Shown here: positions 20,080 to 30,594 of the stretch, in pieces | Layout of the letters: each line of letters begins with the position of its first letter | Numbering within the stretch: position 1 is the first letter of the stretch | Assembly (NCBI GenBank): GCA_963770895.1 | Contig: CAVYRF010000002.1 | Coordinates: 896,001 to 960,000 of the forward strand | DNA length: 64,000 bases | Direction: 5' to 3' | DNA from: an uncultured Acidobacteriota bacterium | GTDB taxonomy: Bacteria > Acidobacteriota > Thermoanaerobaculia > Multivoradales > UBA5704 | Translations under genes and position numbers: made by a program | Notes under the pieces: model-generated | What the model was told of the DNA's origin: nothing | The model's input: only the letters and a program-made list of their open reading frames with translations | Database searches by the model: none

Positions 20080-21528
20080 GTGGCACGAAGTCCGCAGGCA
20101 GGGGAGCAGCGGCAAGGGGCGGCAAGGGAAGGAGGGTCGGCATTGGCGGCAGAGCAGACCAGGTATGACGCGTTGGTGGCGGGGGGCGGACCGGCCGGGT
20201 CGACGGCGGCGCTGGTGATGGCGCGGGCGGGGATGCGGGTGCGGCTGTGCGAGCGGGCGCGGTTCCCGCGCTTTCACATCGGCGAATCGTTCCTGCCGGC
20301 CAACCTCAACCTGATCCGCGAGCTGGGCCTGGCGGACCGCTTGAGCCGCGTGCCGCAGACGGACAAGCAGGGCGCGGAATTCGTGTTCGCGGACGGCAGG
20401 CAGGGGCAGCTGTTCTCGTTCTCCATCAGCCTGGTGGAAAACCTGGTGCAGGCGTTCAACCTGGAGCGCGCGCCCTTCGACGCGATGCTGCTCGCGGCGG
20501 CGCGCGACGCCGGGGCCGAGGTGAGCGAAGACTGCGGCATCCGCCGCATCCTGCGCCTCGAAGAGGGCGACGTCGAGGTGGAGACGGATGCGGGACAGCG
20601 GCTGAGCGCCGGCGTCCTGGTGGACGCCAGCGGCCAGGGGACGCTGGTCGGCCGCCATCTGGGGCTGCGGCGGGTGATGGCGGACCACCGCAAGGTCGCC
20701 TTCTTCGGTCACTTCACCGGGGTCGAGCGGCGCGGCGGCGTCGAGGGCGGCTACCCGACCATCGTGATGTGCGACGAAGGGTGGTTCTGGATCATCCCGA
20801 TCGACGATCGGCGCGACAGCATCGGCCTGGTGATGGACGTCGACGCGGCGCGCCGGGCGGGTGTGCCCCACGACCAGATGCTGGCCTGGGGGATCGCCCG
20901 CTGTCCCCTGGTGCGCCGCCGTACGGCCACCGCAAGCGGGGCCGACGGCAACCTGGTGTGCGCCGATTTCAGCTATCGCTGCGAGCCGTTCGCCGGGCCG
21001 GGTTACTTTCTGGCGGGCGACGCGGCGACGTTCCTGGACCCGATCTTTTCGACCGGCGTCTGCATGGCGATGATGAGCGCCGCCGAGGCGGCGCGGGGCG
21101 CCATCGCCCTCGACCGGCGGACGGCGCCCGCGGCGCGGGTGCGGCGGCGGTACCACCGCTTTGTCGACCGCAGCACGGCGCCCTTCTTCGGCATCGTGCG
21201 CGGCTACTACGACCATTCGTTCCGCGAGCTGTTCGTCAACGGCACCGGGCCGCTGCAGATCCATCGGGCGGTGATCGCCGTCCTGGCCGGCGGCGTCTTC
21301 CCGCGCCCGGTATGGCGCCTGCGCTGGCGCCTCGCCCTGTTCCACTTCCTGCGCCGCGTCAACCGCCATCTGCCGCTGGTGCCGCGCCGCCAACGCTTCT
21401 CGCTGTTCGGCGCCGACGCCGAAAGCGACGCCGCGGCGCTGCGGCCGGAAGCCTTCGGCCCCGCGGTAGAGCAGCCCCAGGCGTCGCCGGTCGCGTTGGC
21501 GGCGGAAGCGGTCGCGCCGCCGCGATGA
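20080..21528 (+). CDS. Flavin-dependent halogenase-like oxidoreductase
   Basis: GGGPAG, RFHIGESFLP, candidate catalytic Lys in DKQGAEF, WFWIIP (WxWxIP), GDAATFLDPIFSTGV; start uncertain. Confidence 0.85.
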   Translation: MARSPQAGEQRQGAAREGGSALAAEQTRYDALVAGGGPAGSTAALVMARAGMRVRLCERARFPRFHIGESFLPANLNLIRELGLADRLSRVPQTDKQGAEFVFADGRQGQLFSFSISLVENLVQAFNLERAPFDAMLLAAARDAGAEVSEDCGIRRILRLEEGDVEVETDAGQRLSAGVLVDASGQGTLVGRHLGLRRVMADHRKVAFFGHFTGVERRGGVEGGYPTIVMCDEGWFWIIPIDDRRDSIGLVMDVDAARRAGVPHDQMLAWGIARCPLVRRRTATASGADGNLVCADFSYRCEPFAGPGYFLAGDAATFLDPIFSTGVCMAMMSAAEAARGAIALDRRTAPAARVRRRYHRFVDRSTAPFFGIVRGYYDHSFRELFVNGTGPLQIHRAVIAVLAGGVFPRPVWRLRWRLALFHFLRRVNRHLPLVPRRQRFSLFGADAESDAAALRPEAFGPAVEQPQASPVALAAEAVAPPR

Positions 21529-22562
21529 GCGCCCACCCGGGCGCCGGCTTCCGCCTGCTGGGCCAGCTCCGCCCATCACGCCCTCCAGCTGCGCCGTCGG
21601 CGCCGGCGGGTGCCCCCCCTGCCGGCACGCCGCCGGTGGCGGAGGTGGAAGTCCAGTCCGACAGCCCTCTGTTTGCCGGCCACTTTCCTCTCCAGCCGGT
21701 GCTTCCCGGCATCGCTCACCTGGCGCTCCTGGAATGGGTGCTGGCGCAGCTGGCCGCAGCTGGCGACCCCGCGGCCGGCGGCGCAGCGGCCGCGCCCGGA
21801 AACCGCACGGCGATCCGCCAGGTGCGCCAGGTCCGCTGGCGCCGCCCGGTGGCGCCGGGCGACCGGTTACAGGTCTGGGTGGAATCCGCCGGCGAGGACG
21901 CGGCCTGGCGCTTCGAGCTGCGGCGGGATACCCAGGTCGTGAGTCACGGGCTGATCTCCTGTGCGGACGCCCCATCCTCGGGGCCGCCGGCAGCCGGCCT
22001 GCTCGATGGAGCGCCGGAGCCGGCGGGCGGCGGGTTTCCGCACCCTGCCCTCCTGCTGCCGCACGGCCCCGCGGCGCAGCTGCTGGCGCGGGTGGTCCGC
22101 GTCAGCCCGGCGGCGGCAGTCGGAGAGGGAGGAGCGGGCGTGGGGGTCGAGGCGGCAGGAATCGTCTGCCACGCCGTCATCCCCGACGACCACCCGCTGG
22201 CCGCCGGCGGCACGGCGCCCGGCGTTCTGGCGCTTGAGATCGCCGCCCAGGCGGCCGCGGCCTGGATGTCGCTGCGGCAGCGGCGCGCTGATGGCGGCAG
22301 TGGCGGCGATGGCGGGAGTGGCGCCATGGGCGCCATGGGCGGCAACGGTGGTGAGCCGCGCGTCGGTTACCTGGTCGCCGCCCGCGACGTGCTGCTGGCG
22401 CCGCGGCTGGCGGCGGGCACGCCGCTGCGGATCGCCGTCACCGCTGCCGGCGGCACGGCGCAGCTGGGAATCTACCGGCTGGCGCTGGACGTCGCCGGCG
22501 CGGCGGCACCGTCCGGCGGGCTCGCCACGGGCGCGATCAGCATCTTCGTCGACGGGCGCTGA
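21525..22562 (+). CDS. Fused double hotdog-fold dehydratase (ApeI-like + ApeP-like)
   Basis: N domain LFAGHFPLQPVLPGI; C domain LLPHGP...LEIAAQAAAA...PRVGYLV; ATGA overlap with the halogenase gene. Confidence 0.8.
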   Translation: MSAHPGAGFRLLGQLRPSRPPAAPSAPAGAPPAGTPPVAEVEVQSDSPLFAGHFPLQPVLPGIAHLALLEWVLAQLAAAGDPAAGGAAAAPGNRTAIRQVRQVRWRRPVAPGDRLQVWVESAGEDAAWRFELRRDTQVVSHGLISCADAPSSGPPAAGLLDGAPEPAGGGFPHPALLLPHGPAAQLLARVVRVSPAAAVGEGGAGVGVEAAGIVCHAVIPDDHPLAAGGTAPGVLALEIAAQAAAAWMSLRQRRADGGSGGDGGSGAMGAMGGNGGEPRVGYLVAARDVLLAPRLAAGTPLRIAVTAAGGTAQLGIYRLALDVAGAAAPSGGLATGAISIFVDGR

Positions 22563-22570
22563 CGCTCAGC

Positions 22571-23674
22571 TCAGGGCCACAGGCGGCGGAAGCAGAACCA
22601 TTGATGGGGCTGGCGGGCGATGGCGCGCTCCAACTCGGCGGCGAAGCGGCGCAGGGCTTGGTCGAGGTCGGCCCGGCGGTCGGCCGACGGCGGCACCGCG
22701 ATGGGCGGGCGCAGCTCGCAGCGGTAGCGGCGGCGGCCCTCGCGAAAGACGAACACCGGCACCATCGGCACGCCGGCGGCGCGGGCCAGCGCTGCCGGCC
22801 CGACCGGCAGCGGAAAGGGGCGCCCGAACAGACTGAGGGTGGCGGATTGGCCGCCGGCGCGCGGGCGGTCGCCCTGCAGCGCCACGATCTCGCCGCGACG
22901 CAGGGCGTCGAGCAGCGTCAGGCCCAGCTGCGGGTCCTCGGCGAAATGGGTGACGTAGAGGCCGCCGCCGGTCTGTTTCTTCATCAGGCCGGAGATGTAT
23001 TCCTGCGCTTTCGGATCGGTCTCCGCTTCGCGCACCACGTGGACCAGCCGCGATTCGGCGGTCGCCGGCAGCATCGAACCCACCTCCCAGCTGCCGATGT
23101 GGGCGGTCACCATCAGGCACCCCTGGCCGCTGCGCGCCAGCTCGTTCCAGCGCTCCAGGCCTTCGGCGTACAGGTGAAACGGGCGGCGCGTGACCAGCCG
23201 TTCGTAGCGCTCGGTCAGGCACCAGGCGAAGCTCCACAGGGTCTTCCAGATCCGCGCCTGCCGGCGCGGCCAGCCGCAGGGCCCCAGCACGGCTTCCAGG
23301 TTGTCGCCCACCGCGGTGCGGATGTTGAGCAGCGTGACGAAGAAAAAACTGGTGAAGGTGGCGATGAACGCCCCCATCAGCGCCCCTGGGAAGAACGCCA
23401 CGCCCCAGCCGTGGAACCGGTACCAGAACACCCCGGTGACGTGGAACGGCCCGAGCAGCCGGCGCACCCACCCGGTTTCGGGAGCGTGCGGCGGCGGCGC
23501 GGCGGGCATCGCCGGAGCGGGCGCCACCGGCGCCGCCCCTCCCGGCATCGCCACGCCCGACGCCGCTGCCGGCGACGCCATCGCCGGTGACACCAGGCCG
23601 GCGGTGGCGCCGACGGCGACCCTGGCCGGCGGTTTGGGCGGCGACAGGGGACGCGACAGGCGGTTGCGCATCAT
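22571..23674 (-). CDS. LpxL/HtrB-like (lipid A lauroyl family) acyltransferase
   Basis: LMVTAHIGSWE, GEIVALQGDR, LFGRPFPLPVGP, PHQWFCF. Confidence 0.88.
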   Translation of the reverse strand: MMRNRLSRPLSPPKPPARVAVGATAGLVSPAMASPAAASGVAMPGGAAPVAPAPAMPAAPPPHAPETGWVRRLLGPFHVTGVFWYRFHGWGVAFFPGALMGAFIATFTSFFFVTLLNIRTAVGDNLEAVLGPCGWPRRQARIWKTLWSFAWCLTERYERLVTRRPFHLYAEGLERWNELARSGQGCLMVTAHIGSWEVGSMLPATAESRLVHVVREAETDPKAQEYISGLMKKQTGGGLYVTHFAEDPQLGLTLLDALRRGEIVALQGDRPRAGGQSATLSLFGRPFPLPVGPAALARAAGVPMVPVFVFREGRRRYRCELRPPIAVPPSADRRADLDQALRRFAAELERAIARQPHQWFCFRRLWP

Positions 23675-26214
23675 GGCTGCCCCGCCGCCGCCGCACCGGG
23701 CGGCGGCCCCTTGACCAGCCCCAGCGCCTCGATGGCCGGCAGCACCAGGAAGGTGGCCGCCAGGCAGGCGGTGATGCCGGCGGAAACCAGGATGCCGGCG
23801 GCGGCCAGGCTGGGCACGCGCGAAGTGCACAGGCTGCCGAAGCCGACGGCGGTGGTGAAGGTGGCCATCAGCATCGCCAGGCCGACGTCCTCCACCGTGC
23901 CGGCCAGGCCGCGGTGCGGATGCAGCCGCCGCCAGTGCACGGCGTGGGCGCCCAGGTCGATGCCGGTGCCCAGCAGCAGCGGCACGGTGAAGATGGCCAG
24001 CAGGTCGAGCGGCCGGCCGCAGGCGCTCCAGATGCCGAACGTCCACAGGCACCCCAGGGTGAGCGGCAAGAAGGCCAGCAGCGCCGAGGCGACGCGGCCG
24101 CGAAACGACACCAGCACGACGATCGCCACCAGCGCCAGCGCCAGGCCGCTCGACCGCAGCAGATCGGCCAGCGCCAGCTGCTTGAGCTCGGCGCCCACCC
24201 GCGGCGCGGAGGCCAGCGCGGCGCCCGGCGCCACCCGCCCCAGCTCGGCCGCGAGCGTCGCGGGCACCCCGGCCCCCGGCGTCGCGCCCTGCGGCAGGCG
24301 CACGTGCACCGCCACCGCCGCCCCGCCCGGCGGCACGCCGTAGACGCCGGGTCCGCTGCGCACCAGCTCGCGCATCCAGCTCGGCCAGGCGTCCGGCGCC
24401 GGCGCCCCGCTGTCCTCGCCGCGCGCGAAGCCGCGCAGGGTGGCGAGCGCCGGCGCGAACGGCGCGGCGCTGAAGCCGGCGGCAAGCAGCTCGCGCTGCA
24501 GGTCGTCCGCGGCACGTCCCAGCGGCAGCGCCCGCAGCGCCGCCAGGCGCTCCGCGCGCCGCCGCCCCACCACCAGCCAGTCCGCCGGCGTGGTGATCTC
24601 CGCCCGCGGCCCCAGGCGCCGGCGCAGCAGCGCGGTCGCCGCCGCGGCGCGGTCCAGCGCCTGGTCCAGGTCGCGCCCCGTCACCACCACCGACAGGGTG
24701 TCCAGGCCCAAGCCGAAGCTGTTCACCAGCAGCTCCTCCGCCGCGGCCGACGGCGGATCGGCCGGCCGCAGCACGCGCAGGTCGGTGGACAGGCTGGCGC
24801 GCGACAGGCCCCAGGCGCCGAACGCCGACAGGCCCAGCGCCACCGCCACCACCACCCGCGGCCAGCGGGTTGCCAACCCCACCAGCGCGCGCAGCCCCGG
24901 CTGCCCCCAGCGGGCCCAGGCGCGCGGCCGCGCCGGCGGCCGCACCGCCGCGCCGGGGGCGCTCGCCGCCAGCGCGGCGCTCAGGGTGACGGTGGCGAGC
25001 AGCGTCGCCAGCACCCCCAAGGCCAGCACCAGGCCGATCTCGCGCAGCGGCCGGAAGTGGGCGGTTGCCAGCGCCCCCAGGCCGGCGGCGGTCGCCAGCG
25101 CCGCGGTCAGCACGCCGGGGCCGGTGGCGCGGTAGGCGCCCGCCAGCGCCTGCTCGACGCCGGCGCCGGCCAGACGCAGGTCGCGGTAATGGACGCCGCC
25201 GTGAATCCCGTAGTCGACCCCCATGCCGACCAGGGCGGCGGCGAAGCCGATGCCGACCACGGTCAGCAGCGGCATCGTCAATCCCACCGCGCCGGCCGCC
25301 CACAGCAGGCCGGCGAGGACCGCGACCAGGATGGCGGCCGGCAGCAGCAGCCCTTCGAAGCCGGCCAGCAGCACCAGCGCCACGCCGCCCACCGTCGACG
25401 TCGCGGTGCGCGTCAGGTCGCTGCGCAGGATCCCTTCGTCCTGCGCCGCGTACAGCGGTCCACCCACCGCCTTGAAGTCGAGCGGCACCGCCACCTTGGC
25501 GCGCACCCGCGCGTAGGCCTGGTCGAGGGCGGCCTGCAGGGCGCGGCCGCCGGCGGGGTCGATCTCGGCGCGCGCCGGCGTCAGGATCACCATCGCCACG
25601 TCGCCGCGGCGCGACAGGAAGGCGCCCGAAATGGGGTCCATCGGCACGGCGTTGGCCAGCTGGCCCAGCAACCCTTCGGACATGCCGAGCGGATCGCTGG
25701 CAAAGAGCTCCGCCAGGGCGCCGCCGCCGGGGCTGGCCAGCGTCTGGCGCATCAGCGCCACGCGCCGCTTGAGCGCCGCCGGGTCCAGGCGCGCGGCCAG
25801 GTCGCCGCTGCCCGCCGCGGCCAGCAGCGGCATGCGCGGCGCGATGTAGCGGTAGAAGAAGCGCTCGTCCTCGTCGGTGCGGCCGCTCCTGGCGTCCGCC
25901 ACCTCGCGGTTGGCGCGCATCTCGTCGGCCAGCGCCGCCGCGGCGTCCTCGAGCGGCCCCGGATCGTCCAGCGGCAAGCCCCGCGAGCGCACCAGCACGA
26001 AGACCTTTTCGAAGCCGCCGAAGGTGCGCAGGAACACCCGGTAGTCGTCGGCGGCCGGCGCCCCGCTGGGCAGCAGCGTCGCCAGATCGGCGTTGATGCG
26101 GATGCGCGCCGCCGGGGCCAGCGCCGCCAGGCAGGCCGCCAGGCAGACCGCCAGCACCGTGCGCGGCCGCCGCGCCACGAGCGACGCCAGCGCGGCGCCC
26201 GCGCCGCCGCTCAC
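23671..26214 (-). CDS. MMPL/RND-family exporter
   Basis: Two TM repeats with GMGVDYGIH and GTGIDLGAH, TAVGFGSL; GTG start overlapping the fabG stop. Confidence 0.9.
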   Translation of the reverse strand: MSGGAGAALASLVARRPRTVLAVCLAACLAALAPAARIRINADLATLLPSGAPAADDYRVFLRTFGGFEKVFVLVRSRGLPLDDPGPLEDAAAALADEMRANREVADARSGRTDEDERFFYRYIAPRMPLLAAAGSGDLAARLDPAALKRRVALMRQTLASPGGGALAELFASDPLGMSEGLLGQLANAVPMDPISGAFLSRRGDVAMVILTPARAEIDPAGGRALQAALDQAYARVRAKVAVPLDFKAVGGPLYAAQDEGILRSDLTRTATSTVGGVALVLLAGFEGLLLPAAILVAVLAGLLWAAGAVGLTMPLLTVVGIGFAAALVGMGVDYGIHGGVHYRDLRLAGAGVEQALAGAYRATGPGVLTAALATAAGLGALATAHFRPLREIGLVLALGVLATLLATVTLSAALAASAPGAAVRPPARPRAWARWGQPGLRALVGLATRWPRVVVAVALGLSAFGAWGLSRASLSTDLRVLRPADPPSAAAEELLVNSFGLGLDTLSVVVTGRDLDQALDRAAAATALLRRRLGPRAEITTPADWLVVGRRRAERLAALRALPLGRAADDLQRELLAAGFSAAPFAPALATLRGFARGEDSGAPAPDAWPSWMRELVRSGPGVYGVPPGGAAVAVHVRLPQGATPGAGVPATLAAELGRVAPGAALASAPRVGAELKQLALADLLRSSGLALALVAIVVLVSFRGRVASALLAFLPLTLGCLWTFGIWSACGRPLDLLAIFTVPLLLGTGIDLGAHAVHWRRLHPHRGLAGTVEDVGLAMLMATFTTAVGFGSLCTSRVPSLAAAGILVSAGITACLAATFLVLPAIEALGLVKGPPPGAAAAGQP

Positions 26215-26948
26215 GCCGAGGCTCCGGCGTCCACCACCAGCGTCTGGCCGGTGATGGCGGCTGCCCGGTCCGACAGCAGGAACAGCACCGCCTGCGCCAC
26301 CGCGCCGGTCGAGGTGCCGCCGGCCAGCGACTCGCCGGCGCGCAGCGCGGTCACCGCGGCGGCCGGCACGCCGGCGGTCAGGTCGGTCGCCACAAAACCC
26401 GGCACCACGGCGTTGACGCGCACCTGGCGCTTGCCCACCTCCCGCGCCAGGGCGCGGGTCAGGCCCAGCATGCCGGCCTTGGCCGCGGCATAGGCGGCCT
26501 GCCCGGCGACGCCGTGCAGCGCCGACAGCGACGCCACGTTGACCACCGCACCGCGCCGGCGCACCAGCATGCCGCGCAGCACCGCGCGGCAGCAGCGGAA
26601 GGTGCCGCCCAGGTTGGCGTCCACCACGGCATCCCAATCTTCGTCGCTCATCATCGCCAGCAGCGCTTCGCGCCGCTCGCCGGCGTTGTTGACCAGCCCT
26701 TCGATCGGGCCCAGCGCCGCCTCCACCTCGGCCACCAGCTCGTCGGGCCGGTCGCGGTCGCGCAGGTCGAGCTGGAAGGCGCGGGCGTGGCCGCCGCTCG
26801 CCTGCTCGAGATGCTCCGCCGCCTGCCGCTGCGTGCGCCAGGTGAACGCCACCGCCGGCGCGGCGCCGGCGGGCGCCGCCGCCACCAGCGCTTCCACCAC
26901 CGCGCGGCCGATACCGCGGCTGCCGCCGGTTACCAGGATCGTGCCCAT
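26211..26948 (-). CDS. fabG: 3-oxoacyl-ACP reductase (SDR)
   Basis: TGGSRGIG, LVNNAG, YAAAKAG, VNAVVPGFVATD. Confidence 0.9.
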   Translation of the reverse strand: MGTILVTGGSRGIGRAVVEALVAAAPAGAAPAVAFTWRTQRQAAEHLEQASGGHARAFQLDLRDRDRPDELVAEVEAALGPIEGLVNNAGERREALLAMMSDEDWDAVVDANLGGTFRCCRAVLRGMLVRRRGAVVNVASLSALHGVAGQAAYAAAKAGMLGLTRALAREVGKRQVRVNAVVPGFVATDLTAGVPAAAVTALRAGESLAGGTSTGAVAQAVLFLLSDRAAAITGQTLVVDAGASA

Positions 26949-27721
26949 CAGCGCACCTGCCAGCGGGCGCGCAGCACCGCGCCGGCGATCCGCAGGCTGT
27001 CCACCATCGGCCGGTAGTGGCTGGTGGTGCGCCCGTCGGCGAAACCGAGATGGATGGGTACCGAGGCGATACGGAACCCGCGCCGCGCCGCCCGCACCAC
27101 GACGGCGCTTTCGGCCTCGAAGCGCGCCTCGGAGAAGCCGACGGCAGCGATGAGCTCGCGCCGATACAGGCGGAAACCGGTCTGCACGTCGGACAGCCGC
27201 CGCCCGGCGGCAAAGGAGATCGCCGACGACGAGATGCGGTTGGCAGCCCGCCGCACGCTGCTCATGCCGGCAAACAGGTGATCGCGGATGCCCAGGACCA
27301 GGTCGGCTTCGCCGGCCAGCGCCAGCAGCTTGGGCACCTCTTCCGGCAGGTGCTGGCCGTCCGCGTCCAGGGTCACGACCGCGGTACAGCCGCGCCCGAA
27401 CAGGTCGTCGAAGGCGGCCGCCAGCGCCCTGCCCTTGCCCTGGTTGCACGGCAGCGAGATGACGCGCGCACCGGCCTGGCGCGCCGCATCGGCGGTGCCG
27501 TCGCTCGACCCGTCGTCGATCACCAGCACGTCGGGCAGCAGGCGCAGCATCCCCGCGACCACCGCCCCCACCGAAGGCGCGGCCTGGTACGCCGGGATCA
27601 CTGCGGCGATGCGCTCTGGCAGCGGACCGTCCATGGCAGGCGAGGGAGTCGCAACTCGAGGCATCATCGTATCGGCTTCGGCGGGCCCGCGGCCAGCGTC
27701 GCTGCGGCGATCGTCGCTCAC
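26948..27721 (-). CDS. GT2-family glycosyltransferase
   Basis: VIPAYQ, VIDDGSSDGT, NQGKG, TLDADGQH, DVQTGFRLY, RFEAE, SHYRP. Confidence 0.92.
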   Translation of the reverse strand: MSDDRRSDAGRGPAEADTMMPRVATPSPAMDGPLPERIAAVIPAYQAAPSVGAVVAGMLRLLPDVLVIDDGSSDGTADAARQAGARVISLPCNQGKGRALAAAFDDLFGRGCTAVVTLDADGQHLPEEVPKLLALAGEADLVLGIRDHLFAGMSSVRRAANRISSSAISFAAGRRLSDVQTGFRLYRRELIAAVGFSEARFEAESAVVVRAARRGFRIASVPIHLGFADGRTTSHYRPMVDSLRIAGAVLRARWQVR

Positions 27722-28923
27722 GGCCGCCCCAACACCAGCCAGGCGGCGGCACCGCCGACCGCCAGGCTGGTGGCAAGCAGCGCCGCCGGCGGCGGCAGCG
27801 CCCCGCCGGCGTGAGGCGCCACGCCGAGCTCGGGATCGACCTCGAAACCGCCGGCGGCAGGCGCCACGGGAGCGCCGCCCGCCGCCGCCACCACCGCGGC
27901 CAAAAATCCGCCGCCGTATTCGCCGGTGACCGCCTTGGGCGCCAGCGTCGGCGGCACCGCGCCGCCGTCCCACAGGGCGCGCAGCATCCGCGCCTCCAAC
28001 AGGTCGCCGCCGCGCGAGCCCGAGGCGCCGCTGGCGACGCGGTCGACGGCCACCGGCACCCGCGCCAGCAGGCGGCGCACCGCACGCACCAGGCCGCCGG
28101 CGCCGCTGCCCCACCCCACCGCGCCTGCCGACGGGTCGAAGGCGCTGCCCCAGGCCAGGACCCGCGCCAGCGGTGCCTGGCCGCGCCGCGCCGCCGCCTC
28201 TTCGCTCTCCACCACCAGCACCGTGGCGCCATCGGCGGCCACGATGCCGCACCGGCGGCGATCGAACGGACGGCCGGTTTCGGCCGGGTGGGCCAGGGCG
28301 CCGTAGCGGTCGAGCAGGGCGTGCACCAGCGGCGAGATCTCGTCCACGGTGCCCACCAGGGCGCGGTCGGCGCGTCCCCCGGCGACCTCGGCGGCGCCGC
28401 GCGCCAGCGCCAGCAGCGCGCCGGCCTCGCGCTGGCACAGCGTGATGCTGGCGCCCTGGGCGTGGCAGGCCAGGGCGATCTGCGCCGCCGGGGCGTTGGC
28501 GACGCTCTCGGTGAACAGGTAAGGCGACGCGGCATCCGGCCCCTCCAGCAGGATCTGGCGCAGCAACGCTTCCGAAAAGGAGCTGGGCCCGAAGGCGGTG
28601 GCCATCACCACCGCGGTGCGCGGGCCGGCCAGGTCCGCCGCCGCCAGGCCGGCGCCCGCGATCGCCATGCGCATCGCCGCGACCGCCATGCGCGACGGCG
28701 GGCTCATCCGCCGCGCCTCGATCGGCGGCACCCAGGGGTGCAGCGACGCGAGCGGCGTGAGCAGCGCCCGGTGCGCCCCGGCACGGCGGTGGTAGCCGGC
28801 GGCGCGGTCGACCTCGACGGTGGCCGGCGCCGCCCCGGACGCCAGCGCCGCGGCCAGCGCCGCGGCGCCGCAGCCGTAGGCGCCGGCGGTGCCCAGCCCC
28901 GAGACGACGACCGGGCGGGTCAA
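27718..28923 (-). CDS. Non-catalytic ketosynthase / chain-length-factor-like protein
   Basis: KS N-terminal fold (RRMSPPSR, ASPYLFTESVANAPA); the active-site SSAC is replaced by CQRE; TTG start overlapping the KS stop. Confidence 0.8.
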   Translation of the reverse strand: MTRPVVVSGLGTAGAYGCGAAALAAALASGAAPATVEVDRAAGYHRRAGAHRALLTPLASLHPWVPPIEARRMSPPSRMAVAAMRMAIAGAGLAAADLAGPRTAVVMATAFGPSSFSEALLRQILLEGPDAASPYLFTESVANAPAAQIALACHAQGASITLCQREAGALLALARGAAEVAGGRADRALVGTVDEISPLVHALLDRYGALAHPAETGRPFDRRRCGIVAADGATVLVVESEEAAARRGQAPLARVLAWGSAFDPSAGAVGWGSGAGGLVRAVRRLLARVPVAVDRVASGASGSRGGDLLEARMLRALWDGGAVPPTLAPKAVTGEYGGGFLAAVVAAAGGAPVAPAAGGFEVDPELGVAPHAGGALPPPAALLATSLAVGGAAAWLVLGRP

Positions 28924-30239
28924 GCGGCGGCGCCTGCCCAGCGCGCGAAGACCAGCGCCGCGTTGGAGCCGCCGAAGGCCAGGCTGGTGGAGAGCGCCGC
29001 GCGCGCCGCCACCAGCCGCAGCGGCTTGCCGATCACCAGCGCCACCGGGCAGGCGTCGTCGAGCGGCGCCGCCGCCGGCGGCACCGGGTGCAGCTCGCCG
29101 TGCAGCAGCGACAGCACGGTGATCACCGCTTCGATCGCCCCCGAGGCGCCGAGCAGGTGGCCGATCCCGGCCTTGGAGGCGCACACCGGCAGGCTCCCGG
29201 CGCGCTCGCCGAAGACGCGCGCCAGCGCCCGCCATTCCGCGGTGTCGTTGAGCGTCGTGCCGGTGGCGTGGGCGTTCACGAAATCGATGTCGCCGGGGCC
29301 CAGCCCGGCGTCGGCAAGCGCCGCCGCGATCGCCAGCGCCGCGCCCGTCCCCTCGGGGTCCGGCGCGGTCATGTGGTAGGCGTCGCAGGCGGCGCCGGCG
29401 CCGGCAACCAGGGCCAGCGGCACGCAGCCTCGCGCCAGCGCGCGTTCGAGCGGCTCCAGGACCAGCACCGCCGCGCCTTCGCCGAACGACATGCCGCCGC
29501 GCCCGGCGCGAAACGGCCGGCAGGCATCCTCGTCGATCGCGCGCAGCGAGTTGAAGCCGGCATAGGTCAGCTGGCACAGCGAGTCGGCGCCGCCGGTGAG
29601 CGCCAGGTCGACCTCGCCCGAGCGCACCGCCTCCAGGGCCGCGCCGATCGCCAAGCCGCCCGAGGCGCAGGCCGACGAGACCGTCTGCACAGGGCCTGTC
29701 ACCTGGAAGTGACGCGCCACGGCGTCCCCCGGCCCGCTCACCTGCTGCGAAGCCAGCGCATGGAGCGAATCGAGGCGCCGCCCGGCGCGCGGGCCGAGCA
29801 GGCCGGCAAGAAAATCCTCGCTCTCCCACATGCCGCCGGTGCTGCTGGCAAAAAACACCCCGCAGGTCGCCTCCGCGTCGTGCGCCAGGGGACCCGCGCC
29901 CAGGCCGGCCTGCGCCAGCGCCTCGGCGGCAGCGGCCAGCGCGAAGCGGTCCGTCACGGAGAGCTCGCGGGCGTCGCGCGCCGCCGCGTCCGCGGCCTGC
30001 CGCCGCCGGGGCGGCGACGGGGGGGCCAGGCCGGGCAGCGCCGGCACCTCCGCGGCGAGGTGCGTGCGATGGGCAGCGGAATCGAAGCGGGACAGCGGAC
30101 GGATCGCGGTCGAGCCGGCGCGCAGCCCCTCCCAGAGGACCTTGGCGCCCAGGCCGAAGCCGCTGACCGCGCCCACCCCGGTGACCGCGACGCGACGGCC
30201 GCCAGCCTGCGCGGCGGAGGCAGGCCTGGCGGTGGACAT
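28920..30239 (-). CDS. Beta-ketoacyl-ACP synthase (FabF/ApeO-like)
   Basis: VSSACASG, NAHATGT, GHLLGASG (C-H-H triad), SLAFGGSN. Confidence 0.93.
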   Translation of the reverse strand: MSTARPASAAQAGGRRVAVTGVGAVSGFGLGAKVLWEGLRAGSTAIRPLSRFDSAAHRTHLAAEVPALPGLAPPSPPRRRQAADAAARDARELSVTDRFALAAAAEALAQAGLGAGPLAHDAEATCGVFFASSTGGMWESEDFLAGLLGPRAGRRLDSLHALASQQVSGPGDAVARHFQVTGPVQTVSSACASGGLAIGAALEAVRSGEVDLALTGGADSLCQLTYAGFNSLRAIDEDACRPFRAGRGGMSFGEGAAVLVLEPLERALARGCVPLALVAGAGAACDAYHMTAPDPEGTGAALAIAAALADAGLGPGDIDFVNAHATGTTLNDTAEWRALARVFGERAGSLPVCASKAGIGHLLGASGAIEAVITVLSLLHGELHPVPPAAAPLDDACPVALVIGKPLRLVAARAALSTSLAFGGSNAALVFARWAGAAA

Positions 30240-30246
30240 GGCGAGC

Positions 30247-30594
30247 TCAGATCCGGCCGGCGATGAAGCGCGCCAGACTGGCCACGCAGGTGAACACCTC
30301 GCGCCCGATCTCGTTGCTCTTGATCTTGATGCCGTACTCTTTTTCGATCGCGACGACCAGCTCCAGCGCGTCCACCGAATCGAGCCCGAGGCCGTCGCCG
30401 AACAGCGGCGCCTCGTCGTCGATCATCGCCGGCGTCAGACCGTCCAGATGGAGGTTCTCGACGATCAGCTGTTTGACCCGGCCGGTGATCGCGGCCAGGT
30501 CCTGCTCCGGCGCTGCTGCCATCGCGGCCGGCTCGCCGGCGGGCGCTGCCGGCTGCGGTGTAGGCGGTACGAATTCGGGCTCAAGAGTGCTCAT
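30247..30594 (-). CDS. Acyl carrier protein
   Basis: PLFGDGLGLDSVDALELVVAIEKEYGI (aryl-polyene-type ACP signature). Confidence 0.93.
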   Translation of the reverse strand: MSTLEPEFVPPTPQPAAPAGEPAAMAAAPEQDLAAITGRVKQLIVENLHLDGLTPAMIDDEAPLFGDGLGLDSVDALELVVAIEKEYGIKIKSNEIGREVFTCVASLARFIAGRI

